Source: Scenedesmus sp. PABB004
Taxonomy: Eukaryota
Direction of reading: 5' to 3'
Assembly: GCA_014905635.1 (NCBI GenBank)
Contig: JABVCE010000029.1
Location: 124,001 to 188,000, forward strand
DNA length: 64,000 nt
The translations under genes and the position numbers were made by a program. Below the pieces are notes generated by a model. The model saw only the letters and a program-made list of their open reading frames with translations, was not told the origin of the DNA and did not search any database. Below, in pieces: positions 39,072 to 50,185 of this stretch (positions are counted from its first letter, which is position 1; each line of letters begins with the position of its first letter).

Positions 39072-42000
39072 TCACGCCTTGAGCGCCTCCGGCTCGCTGT
39101 TGGCGACCGTGCGCAGCAGCGAGCGCCACGGGCTGGTCTGCACGCCCGCCGTGCCGCGCAGAAACATGCAGCGGACGGGGTTGGAGTCGGTGTGCACCTC
39201 GCCGTCGGGGAAGAACACGGCGGCGCAGTCGGGCGAGCGCGCGCAGTACGCCAGGCACTGCGTGGGCGACGCCTGCTCATACATGCCCTTATCGCCAGCC
39301 GTGACGCCCTTGACCACCTCCTCGCCGGCCATGGGCGTGCCCGCGGAGTCGCCGGCCTTGTCGGCCCACCAGCTGAACCTGCCGGAGCCCTGGTCGGCGG
39401 GCGCGGCGGACGCGCGGCGCACCAGGCCGGAGCCGGGCATGATCTTTAAGGCCACAAGCGGCAGGCTGCGGGACGCACGGGGAGGGGGGCGGGGGGCGTC
39501 AGCGCGGGCGGCGCGCGCCGCCGCTGCGTTGCTGCGCCGCCGCCGCCGCCGCCGCCGCCACCCGCGGCCTGGTGCCGCGCGCGCGCGCGCGCGCGCTCAC
39601 CCCTCGTTGCCCTCCGGCCGGCCGCCGTCGACCACGCGCAGGAAGCACTCTGTGGTGGCATAGTTGTACGAGACGTACTGGCAATAGTCCTGCTTGGAGC
39701 AGACCTCTGTGCATTTCTCGAGAGACATCTCCCCAGCCCCCTTGAGCCTGTCGACCTCAGGGTTATCGTTATTGTTGAGGAACCACTTGCCGTTCGCGAC
39801 CTGCGCATAGCCGACCAGGCACTGGCTGGGCTGCACCGCGCCCTCGGGCGACGCGGGGTCGCTGGAGAAGGGGTTGTTGGTGCCGCCGTAGTTGAAGGTG
39901 TACACGTTGGAGGGGCCGGCGCAGGCCACGCACTTGGTCTCCCCAGCGTCACGCCAGTTGGGGCCGTACGTGCCGCTGGGGCAGGGCTTGCAGTCAACCT
40001 TGTTGATGTCCTCACTGCCCCAGCCGGCGGGGCAAACTGCGCGCGGCGGCAGCGGCGGCGGCGGGGCGCGCCTCGGTGTCGGCGTGGCGGCGGCGGCGCG
40101 GCGGCGGCAAGGGCGGCGGCCATGGCACGCTGCGAGCGCGTGCAGCGCGCTCACTGGAGCACTGGGTCGCGTCAGACGCGCCCACCACGCCCGGCAGGGT
40201 GGCACTGGACATGGGGCAGGGTTCGCACGGCATCTCAGCGCCTGAGTCAAACTTGCGCTCCTTGTCAGCATACGTGTCTGCGCAGCAGGCAGGGGCAGGC
40301 GCCGGTGCTCAGTGCCAGCCGCCACGGCCTCGCCAGCGTGCGCGCGCGCGGGCGCCCGTGCGGGGACCCCCCCTCTCTCCCCAAACACACACACACACAC
40401 ACACGCACACAGCAGGCAGCGGCACACGCCCCTGCGCGCGCAGCAGCACTCACTCGCGCGGCAGGGGGCGACGACAAAGCCCTCGTCACCCTTGAAGCTG
40501 CCATAGCCAGCCTCTAGGAACCTGCAGCCGTCAGCGCTCATGCTGCTATCGCCCTCCGTGGTGGTGCCGTCGGCGCAGGCCTTGCACTTGTCGGCGGGTT
40601 CGGTCTTGCCGTCGTTCCAGGAGCCCTTGGCGCAGAGCGTGGCAATGGCGCCGGTCATGCCCCAGCCGGCGGGCACGGCGCACGCGTCCGCAGAGGCGTA
40701 GCCGCCAGATGCTGCCGGCTTGCTGTCCTTGGTGGTGGTGCCCGCGGGGCAGGACCTGGGGGCAGGCGCGGGGCGGCGTGCGCGAGGTGCGCAGTCGTGG
40801 GCGTGGCGCTCGCGGGGCGCCTGCGCGCCCGCAGCTGCACACGCCGGCGCCGGCGCGGCGGGGCGCGCGGTGCGGCGGGCTCACGTGCAGGGCGTGGCGA
40901 CGAGGCCGTAGGTCCTCTTAGCAGCACCATAGTTGTTGCCGTCGCACGTCAGGGCCTCAAACACGGGCTTGCCGGCGCCCGACACGGAGGCCTGCACCAG
41001 GCCCTGGCCGGGCTCAATGTCTGCGCGCGGTGCGGGGCAGGCGCGCGTCGGGTCGGGGCACGCGGGCGTGCCGCCGTGCAGCCGGCGCCCGCGCAGCACA
41101 GCGTGGTGCGGCCGGTGAGCCGGCGCGGAACTCACAGCACGAGGCGGAGGTGCGGCGAACCAGCTGCAGGGTCTCCTTCACCGTGCCGGTGATAGGGTTA
41201 TCCACCTCAACCTTGGACAGGGGCTCAACCGCCTCCGACTTGACGTCCGCGCCGCAGGGCGTGCAAGTGACGGTGGGTGTCTCCTTGGTGGGGCGCACCC
41301 AGTCGGGCTGGTAGGATGTCTCGTCACACTCCTTGACCTCCTTGCTGTCAAAGCTGTAGCCCGGCGGCACCACTGCGCGGGCGCGGCGAGCGGCGGCGAG
41401 CAGCGGTGAGCGGCGCGGTGCGGATGCCTGCTGCTGCCGGGCAAGCCCCGCCGCGCCGCGCCCCGCTGCGTCAGCGACGACGCCCGCGCGCGGCGCCACG
41501 CACTGCAGCTGGTCTCGCTCTTGGCGCCGACGGAGCGCGTCCACATGGCGCCGGGGCACTGCTTCTTGTCCGCACTGTCACCGCCCGGGCAGAAGAAGCC
41601 CTGAGGGCACAGCGCGGGGGTGCTGCCATCAAGGTAGTAGCCGGGCAGAATCTCTGGCGGGGAGGAGAGGCGAAGAGGGCAGAGGGCGTGAGGCGGGGCG
41701 GGGCGCCGCGCGCGTGCAGGGCCTCGAAACGGCTGTCTGCCTGCGCGCGCGCGCGCGCGCCGCCGGCTCACCAGCACAGCCGGACGCAGTGCCCAGCCCG
41801 CTGGTCGTGCTGCCGGGGGCGCACTTGGTGCACTGGGCGGCCTTGCGCTCGCTCGGGGCCAGGTAGCCGTCACGGGTCTCGCCCCTGGGGCAGGCCTGGA
41901 CACCGGAAGAGGCCGTCCAGAAGTAACCGGGCCTGACGACTGTGAGTGTGTGTGTGGGGCGGCAGGGGGGGGGGTGAGGGCTGCTGCACGCAGCCACGCA

Positions 42001-43040
42001 CCGAGCGCCGCGCGCACTGCGGCGGCGCCCAGAAGCCGCCGGCCGAGCGCGCCACTCACGGCACACGCTCGAGCTCGTTTGGAGCTCAATGCTGTCCGGG
42101 TTGGTGTTGAGGCCCTTGGGGCAGGGCGTGCAGGCCGCCTGGCGGCGGAGGCCGGGCGAGAAGGTGTCGTCGCCACAGGGCTTGGCGGTGGGCCGCGCCT
42201 CCTTGGCGTCGCCCTTGATGTAGTAGTAGCCGGCCGCGTTGACTGCGGGGCGGGCGGGCGCGGCGCCGCGCGTCAAGCGCGCGCCAGGCGTGTTGGCGCG
42301 CATTGTGGCAGCGCGCGGAGTGCCATGTGTGTCTGCGGCGTTCCGCGACAGGCGGCGGCCGCCGCCCAAGCGCAGGCAAACGCGCGCGCACCGCAGGCGG
42401 TGAACGAGCTGGCGCGGTCGCTGCGCGTGGTCAGGCCGTCGGTGGTCTTGTCGTTGTTCCAGTTGCACGACTTCCGCCCGTCATTCTCAGCCAGCGACGC
42501 GGTCATGCTGCCGCCGAGACTGCGCAGGGCGGCGTGCGGCGGCGGGGGTGAGCTCGCCGGTGCCGGCGCAGGGCGCGCGCGCGCACGGGTGCGCCCCTCC
42601 CAGCTCGGCGCACGCACCAGTAGTAGCCCTTGTCGCACTTCGTGCAGCTCTTGTCGTCAGTCTTTTTGAGGAAGAAGCCCGGCTTGCAGCCGCAGCTGCC
42701 GTCGCGCGCCACGACGCGGTCGCCGACGCAGTTCGCGCAGCGGAAGCCGCCGCCCGTCGCCGCCGGCACGCACGTGTTGCAGCCGGCGGGGCAGTCCTTC
42801 TGGTCCTGTAGCAGGCGCCGGCCGGGCCCTGCGGCGACGGGGGGGGGGGAGTGGACGAGAGGTGCGGACGACTGGTCAGCGCCTCATCCGGCCGCGCGGC
42901 CCGCCCGCTGCGCGCGCGGCCGCGCGCTGCGGCCCGACGAGTAGCTACGCGTGCCTCGCACCTCCAGCCGCGGCGCGGCCGGCCAGGGCCATCAGCGCGA
43001 GCAGCGCGAACGCGCGCGAGGGGCGGGCCGGGAGCGCCAT
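39072..43040 (-). CDS. Secreted Cys-rich repeat / PAN-like protein, array member 2 (leader type B, Lys/Asp/Glu-rich)
   Basis: MALPARPSRAFALLALMALAGRAAAG|GPGRRLLQDQKDCPAGC; NAAGYYY, FSPGLRRQAACTPCP, YQPDW, LVRRTSASCY, TYGLVATPC, NNPFS, CLVGYAQV, CQYVSYNY, DQGSGRFSWW, PWRSLLRT. Confidence 0.82.
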
Positions 43041-43103
43041 GGCTGCGCGTGTGTGGAAGCACTTGTGGCGGACAATGAGCTCTCGAGGAGACGCAGTGGT
43101 CTA

Positions 43104-43109
43104 TTTATA
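43104..43109 (-). promoter_or_regulatory. Candidate TATA box of array member 2
   Basis: The minus strand reads CTATAAATAG about 65 nt upstream of the ATG at 43040, in an otherwise very GC-rich background. Confidence 0.5.
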
Positions 43110-43920
43110 GCGCGCGGATGGGCGGCGGTCCGCTCGCCGGGCGCTCGCCGCGGCAGACGACCTACCGATTGGGACAGCAGTCGCCGGCCCGGGGCGACCT
43201 GCGGGCGCGCGCGCGCCCGGTCAGCCGGACAGCCGGCGACGCAGGCAGTTGCGACGAAGGCCGTCGGGCGTCGGCGGACGGCTGAGGGCGCCCGCCGGTG
43301 GCAGGAGACCGGCGGCGCCGGTACGATGCCCGCCGCCGCGTGCGGAGGGCGGCCGCCTGGGACCGCGTGGCTCGACCGCACGGCTTCGGCGCGGCGCCTG
43401 AAGCTAGCTTGAGCCGTCGTGGCGCGTGGATCGCTGCCGGCGGGCGGCGGCACCGGTGCGCGCGCTGCTGCTGGGTGAGCGGCGGCGACGCACGGCGCCG
43501 GGCCGGGCTCGCACGGCGGCGTGAAGCGCTGGAGGGCCCGTTGAGAGCTCGTGTGGAGGGCGCGGCGCCTGGGACTCGCCGCCAGCGCGCGGGGGCGGCG
43601 GCACGCGTTCGCAGGCCGGCCAGGTTACTGCCGCGGGCAAGAGAGAATAGCAGTGTGAAGGTTCCCCCCGGCCGGGCCTGACCCCAGAGTTGTGGACAAG
43701 CGATTAGGATTCGCACAATAACAATTAAACACAGGAACAGCGGCTGCCCATGCATGCGTGAATGATACGCCCCGCGCCGTTGGTTATTCTCGCCGCCGGT
43801 CGCGTGCGCGCGGACCGGTGCCCGGCACCGCGCGGCGCGGCAGCGCGGGGCGTTCAAAGCAGGCCACGCTTATGTGCAATAATAAAAGGTTTGAGCTTGA
43901 AGCAACACTTGAAGTGCCTT

Positions 43921-43956
43921 CGGTTAGCCCCCGCCCCGCGGGGCGGGGGCTAACCG
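43921..43956. repeat. Perfect 36-bp spacerless palindrome
   Basis: CGGTTAGCCCCCGCCCCG|CGGGGCGGGGGCTAACCG equals its own reverse complement. Confidence 0.95.
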
Positions 43957-44133
43957 GCCAGTGCCGCTGCCCTGCCGCCTCGCCCCGATGCTGCGCCTTT
44001 GCCCCAGGCCCATGGGCCTGGCCAGCCGGCGCGTGCGTGTGCAAACACGCAGTCAGTCGCATCAGCGCCTCCGGGGGCGCGATCCGGCCGCTGCGCCATG
44101 CGGCGACTGGTTGCGCAGCCCCCGCGCCCGCGC

Positions 44134-47100
44134 TCACGCCTTGAGCGCCTTGGGCTCGCTGCCGGCAACCGTGCGCAGCAGCGAGCGCCACGGGCTGATC
44201 TGCACGCCCGCCGTGCCGCGCAGAAACATGCAGCGGACGGGGTTGGAGTCGGTGTGCACCTCGCCGTCGGGGAAGAACACGGCGGCGCAGTCGGGCGAGC
44301 GCGTGCAGTACGCCAGGCACTGCGTGGGCGACGCCTGCTCATACATGCCTTCCCCGTCTGTTGTGACGCCATTGACCAAGTCAACCTTGGCCATGCGCGT
44401 GCCCGCGGAGCCGCCGGCCTCATCGGCCCACCAGCTGAACCGGCCCGACCCCTGGTCGGCGGGCGCGGCGGACGCGCGGCGCGCCAGGCCCGAGCCGGGC
44501 ATGATCTTGAACGCAACCAGCGGCAGGCTGCGGGACGCACGGGGAGGGGGGTGGGGGGGGGGGGGGGGTCAGCGAGGGCGGCGCGTGCTGCCGCACTGCT
44601 GCGCCGCCGCCGCGCCGGCCGCGGCCTGGTGCCACGCGCGCGCGCGCGTGCGCGCTCACCCCTTGTCCTCGTAAATCGCCAACAGGCCGCCGGCGGCCAG
44701 GCGCAGCCAGCACTGCTTCTTGGAGTAGTCGTAAGAGACGTACTGGCAGTTTTCTGCTTGGTCAGTGCAGATCTTTACGCACTCGTCGAGATTGCCGTCC
44801 TTGGCAACAAGCTTCAGCCGCGGGTCGGCCTTGGGGTCGGCAGTCAGGAACCACTTGTCGTTGACGACCTGCGCGTAGCCCACCAGGCACTGGCTGGGCT
44901 GCACCGCGCCCTCGGGCGACGCGGAGCCGGCACGGAAGGGGTTGTTGGTGCCGCCGTAGTTGAAGGTGTACACGTTGGAGGGGCCGGCGCAGGCCACGCA
45001 CTTGGTGTCCCCGCCGTTGCGCCAGTCGGGGCCGTACGTGCCGCTGGGGCAGAACTTGCAGTCAACCTTGTTGATGTCCTCACTGCCCCAGCCGGCGGGG
45101 CAAACTGCGCGCGGCGGCAGCGGCGGCGGCGCGGCGCGCCTCAGTAGCTGCGCGGCGGCGGCGCCGGCGCCGCGGCGACCAGGGCGGCGGCCATGGCACG
45201 CTGCGAGCGCGTGCTGGTGGGCCGCTCACTGGAGCACTGGGTCGCGTCAGACGCGCCCACCACGCCCGGCAGGGTGGCACTGGACATGGGGCAGGGTTCG
45301 CACGGCATCTCAGCGCCTGAGTCAAACTTGCGCTCCTTGTCAGCATACGTGTCTGCGCAGCAGGCAGGGGCAGGCGCCGGTGCTCAGTGCCAGCCGCCAC
45401 GGCCTCGCCAGCGTGCGCGCGCGCGGGCGCCCGTGCGGGGACCCCCCCTCTCTCCCCAAACACACACACACACACACACGCACACAGCAGGCAGCGGCAC
45501 ACGCCCCTGCGCGCGCAGCAGCACTCACTCGCGCGGCAGGGGGCGACGACAAAGCCCTCGTCACCCTTGAAGCTGCCATAGCCAGCCTCTAGGAACCTGC
45601 AGCCGTCAGCGCTCATGCTGCTATCGCCCTCCGTGGTGGTGCCGTCGGCGCAGGCCTTGCACTTGTCGGCGGGTTCGGTCTTGCCGTCGTTCCAGGAGCC
45701 CTTGGCGCAGAGCGTGGCAATGGCGCCGGTCATGCCCCAGCCGGCGGGCACCAGGCAGTCCTCTGCGGAGGCGTAGCCGCCAGACTTCTGCGCCTCGCTC
45801 TTTGCGGTGGTGGTGCCCGCGGGGCAGGACCTGCGGGCAGGCGCGGGGCGGCGTGCGCGAGGCGCGCAGTCGTGGGCCTGACGCTCGCGGGGCGCCTGCG
45901 CGCCCGCAGCCGCACGTGCACACGCCGGCGCCGGCGCGGCGCAGCGCGCGGTGCGGCGGGCTCACGTGCAGGGCGTGGCGACGAGGCCGTAGGTCCTCTT
46001 AGCAGCACCATAGTTGTTGCCGTCGCACGTCAGGGCCTCAAACACGGGCTTGCCGGCGCCCGACACGGAGGCCTGCACCAGGCCCTGGCCGGGCTCAATG
46101 TCTGCGCGCGGTGCGGGGCAGGCGCGCGTCGGGTCGGGGCACGCGGGCGTGCCGCCGTGCAGCCGGCGCCCGCGCAGCACAGCGTGGTGCGGCCGGTGAG
46201 CCGGCGCGGAACTCACAGCACGAGGCGGAGGTGCGGCGGACCAGCTGCAGGGTCTCCTTCACCGTGCCGGCGATAGGGTCGTCCACCTCAACCTTGGACA
46301 GGGGCTCAACCGCCTCCGACTTGACGTCCGCGCCGCAGGGCGTGCAAGTGACGGTGGATGTCTCCTTGGTGGGGCGCACCCAGTCGGGCTGGTAGGATGT
46401 CTCGTCACACTCCTTGACCTCCGTGTTGTCAAAGCTGTAGCCCGGCGGCACCACTGCGCGGGCGCGGCGAGCGGCGGTGTGAGCGGCGGTGAGCGGCGCG
46501 GCGCGGATGCCTGCTGCTGCCGGGCAAGCCCCGCCGCGCCGCGCCGCGTCAGCGACCGTGCCCGCGCGCGGAGCCACGCACTGCAGCTGGTCTCGCTCTT
46601 GGCGCCAACGGAGCGCGTCCACATGCCGCCGTTGCACGCTTGCTTGTCGGCCTTGGGGCCGCCCGGGCAATAGGAGCTCTGAGGGCACAGCGTGGGGGTG
46701 TTGCCGTTGCTGCCATCAAGGTAGTAGCCGGGCAGAATCTCTGGGCGGGGAGGAGAGGCGAAGAGGGCAGAGGGCCAGGCACGGCATGAGGCGGGGCGGC
46801 ACAGCGCCGCGCAGGGCCTGGCAGCGGCTGTCTGCCTGCGCGTGCGCGCGCCGCCGGCTCACCCGTGCAGTCGGACGCAGTGCCCGGCTTGCTGGTCGTG
46901 CTGCCCACGGGGCACTTCTCGCACTGGGTGGCCTTGTCGTTGCTCGGGGACAGGTAGCCGTCACGCGTCTCACCCCTGGGGCAGCGCTGGGCGCCGGAGG
47001 AGGCCGTCCAGAAGTAACCGGGCTTGACGACTGTGGTGCGTGCGGTGGCGGAGAGGGGCGGGGAGGGCATGGGGGAGGGGGGGGGGGGGGGGGGTTGAAG

Positions 47101-48153
47101 AGTGCCGCAACGCGGCATCGAGCCATGCACCGAGCACCGCGCGCTGCGGCGGGGCCCAGTTGCCGCCGGCCGAGCGCGCCACTCACGACACACGCTCGAG
47201 CTCTTTCGGGGATCGGTGTTGCCGGGATCGGTCTCCAGGCCCTTGGGGCAGGGCGTGCAGGCCGCCTGGCGGCGGAGGCCGGGCGAGAAGGAGTCGGCGG
47301 GGCAGAGCGCGGCGCTGGGCCGCGCCTCCTTGTCGTTGCCCTTGATGTAATAGTAGCCGGCCGCGTTGACTGTGGGGCGGCGTGGGCGCGGCGCCGCGCG
47401 CGTCAGCGCGCGCGGAGTGCCGTGTGTGCCTGCGGCGTGTCGCGACAGGCGGCGGCGGCCGCCCCCCCCCCCCCCCCCCCCCCAATGCGCGCACCGCAGG
47501 CGGTGAACGAGCTGGCGCGGTCGCTGCGCGTGGTCAGGCCCTCGGTGGTTTTGTCCTTGTTCCAGTTGCACGACTTCTGCCCACCGGGCGCCAGCGACGC
47601 TGTCTCGCTGCCCCCGAGACTGCGCAGGCCGGCGTGCGGCGGCGGCCGAGCGGGTGAGCGCGCCGGCGCCGGCGCAGAGCGCGCGCGCGCTTGCACGGGC
47701 GCGCCCCTCCCAGCTCGGCGCACGCACCAGTAGTTGCCCTTGCCGCACGGCGAGCACAGTTCGTCGTCAGTCTTTTTGAGGAAGAAGCCCGGCTTGCAGC
47801 CGCAGCTGCCGTCGCGGGAGACGACGCGGTTGTTCACGCACTGCGTGCAGCGGAAGCCGCCGCCCGTCGCCGCCGGCACGCACGCGCCGTCCGCGCAGCC
47901 GTCGGGGCAGTTGGCCTGATCCTGCAGCAGGCGCCGTCCGGATCCTGGGCGCGCGCGGAGCGCGGGGGAGTGAGGCCTTTGCTCGCCCTCGCCTCGCCCG
48001 CCGCCCGGCCTGCCAGCCCGGTGCGCGCGCGCCCGCGCGCTGCCGCTCTTCACGTAGCGCGACGCACGCCTCACCTCCAGCCGCGGCGCCGCCGGCCAGG
48101 GCGAGCAGCGCGAGCAGGAGGAAGGCCCGCGAGGGGCGGGCTGGGCGCGCCAT
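44134..48153 (-). CDS. Secreted Cys-rich repeat / PAN-like protein, array member 3 (leader type B; closest paralogue of member 2)
   Basis: MARPARPSRAFLLLALLALAGGAAAG|GSGRRLLQDQANCPDGC. Same exon-intron layout as member 2, offset by ~5.07 kb. Confidence 0.82.
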
Positions 48154-49016
48154 CGCTGCGCGCGGCAGAGCACTCGAGGGGTCCGTCTGCGGCGTGGTGA
48201 GCTTTGTAGAGGTCCCAGGTGGCAGCGTAGGCGCTGCGCAGCGGTCCGGCGCTGCCCGCTGAGCGAGCACGCAGGCGGCCGCGGTCGCGCGCTCGTCGGC
48301 AGCTCGTTCGGGACGGCCGTATGAGCTCTGCGTGGCGTTGGCAGTGCGCCGACCGAGCGGGGAGGGCCGGGGTGCGTCCAGGGGGTTCACATGGATGGGG
48401 TGTGACCCGAAGGTGGGGGCGCGCCGCGCGCGCGCCTGCCCGCGGCCTGCGCCGCCTGGCGATGTGGTGCAACGAGGCAGCGGCGCCACGTGGAGCTGCC
48501 GATCTGCGGCGCCGCAGCAGCGGGCGGCGGCGCCGGGGCTGCGCGCGCGGCCAGGCCGCCGCGCGCACAGCCAGGCTGCCTGCGAGGGTCGCGCGCGCGG
48601 GCAGGGACTCGTGTCAGGGACTGTCACAAGACGAGAGGAACGTCGGGCGCAGTCGCGCAGAAGCAGAAAAAGGCGGACGCAGCACGCGGCCGCCGCCGTC
48701 AACGCCGCGACGCGCGGCTCTCTCACAGGCAGGGCGTCGTCGTGCCGCACGATCCAGAGGGGGGCGCCAAGCAAGCCCCAAATAGCTCCCACGCAGGAAC
48801 AAAACCCCGCCAGCACGCCCGCCGGCGACGCGTCGAGGGTTCCAGCGCCCTCGGTTATGCCGCCCGCCCGCCCGCCGCTGCTCACCCGTCCAGGGCACGG
48901 TGCGCGCTTGCTTTTGGTATCCCGGCAGTGCGGCAGTGCAACAACAGCGACAAGGACGCAGTAGGGGGGGGGGAGGCACCAATCTGTTATGCACCCACCC
49001 CCGCGCGCCGCCCCTC

Positions 49017-50133
49017 TCATGGCAGCGGGTTGTCGGCTTGGGAGGGGCGCGTGCGCACGAGCGTGCGCTGCGGGTTGCCCGCGGTCGACTGGCCCTTGAC
49101 GAGCGTGCAGGACGCCACCGCGCCGGACGCAACGCCGAAGCGCACCGCCGCGCACGCGGGCGCGAGCGTGCACGCGTCGAGGCATGCCGACACACCCCGG
49201 AACGTCGCCGGCTGGCCCTCGCTGACCGCCATCGGCACGCCGACCTGCCCCGGCGCGTCGTCGCGCCACCAGCTGAACACGCCGGTCCCGTAGTCGCTCG
49301 GCAGCGCGGCCGCCGCCGCCGCCAGGCCGGAGATGTCGGCGACCACCTTGAACGCGATCAGGCTCCTGCGCGCCCCGCAGCGGGCGGGCGGGCGGGCGGG
49401 CAGGCGTTGGCGCGTGCGCGCTCGGACGCCGCGCGGGGGCGGCCAGCCGGGGAAAGGGAAGAGGGGGAGGGGGGCAGCCGCGGCGCCGCGCCCCGCGCCG
49501 CGCGGCCCACCCGCTCGTGCCGGGCGCCGGCGCGCGGACGGCGCAGGTCTGGGTTGAGTAGTCGTACGTCAGAAACTGGCAGGACGCCCCGCACGCCGCC
49601 ACGCACGCGTCCAGGCTGGGCGGCGCGGCGCCGGCCGGCACTGCGGTCATGCCCGCGTCGTTGACCCTGTTCAAGAGCCAGTTGCCGTCAGTTATCTGCG
49701 CACGGCGCGGTGCGGCGCGGCGCGGCGCGGCGGGGCGGGGCGGGGCGGGGCGGGCTCGCGACCGCGCGCCCGGGGCCGCGGCGCGCGCCTGCCCGGCCGC
49801 CCACTGGCCCCCGCGCCGCGGCGGCAGGCGCGGCTGCAGGCGCGGCGGCGCGGCGGCGCGGCGCGCGCCTGTGCAAAGCCGGGCATGCACTGCCCCGACT
49901 CCGACGCGCCGGCGGGGGACACGGTGGGCGCGAGGTAAAAATTATTGCTGCCGCCCCAGGGGAAGCGGTAGAGCGCGGCGCCGGCGCGGCAGGCGATGCA
50001 GGCGAGGCCGGACGTGTCGGTGCCGTTCCCGGTCAGCCCCGGCCGCGTGTCGGGGCCGTAGGTGTTCTCGGGGCAGGGCAGGCACGTCGTGCTCGGCGAC
50101 TGCACGCCTGTGCCAGCCGGGCACGCTGCGCGC

Positions 50134-50185
<52 letters not shown>

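Noticed and set aside
39600..45000. Diversity-generating retroelement (TR/VR pair) explaining the variable PAN exon
   Set aside because: Differences include indels and all base types rather than adenine-specific changes, and no reverse transcriptase is present in the window.
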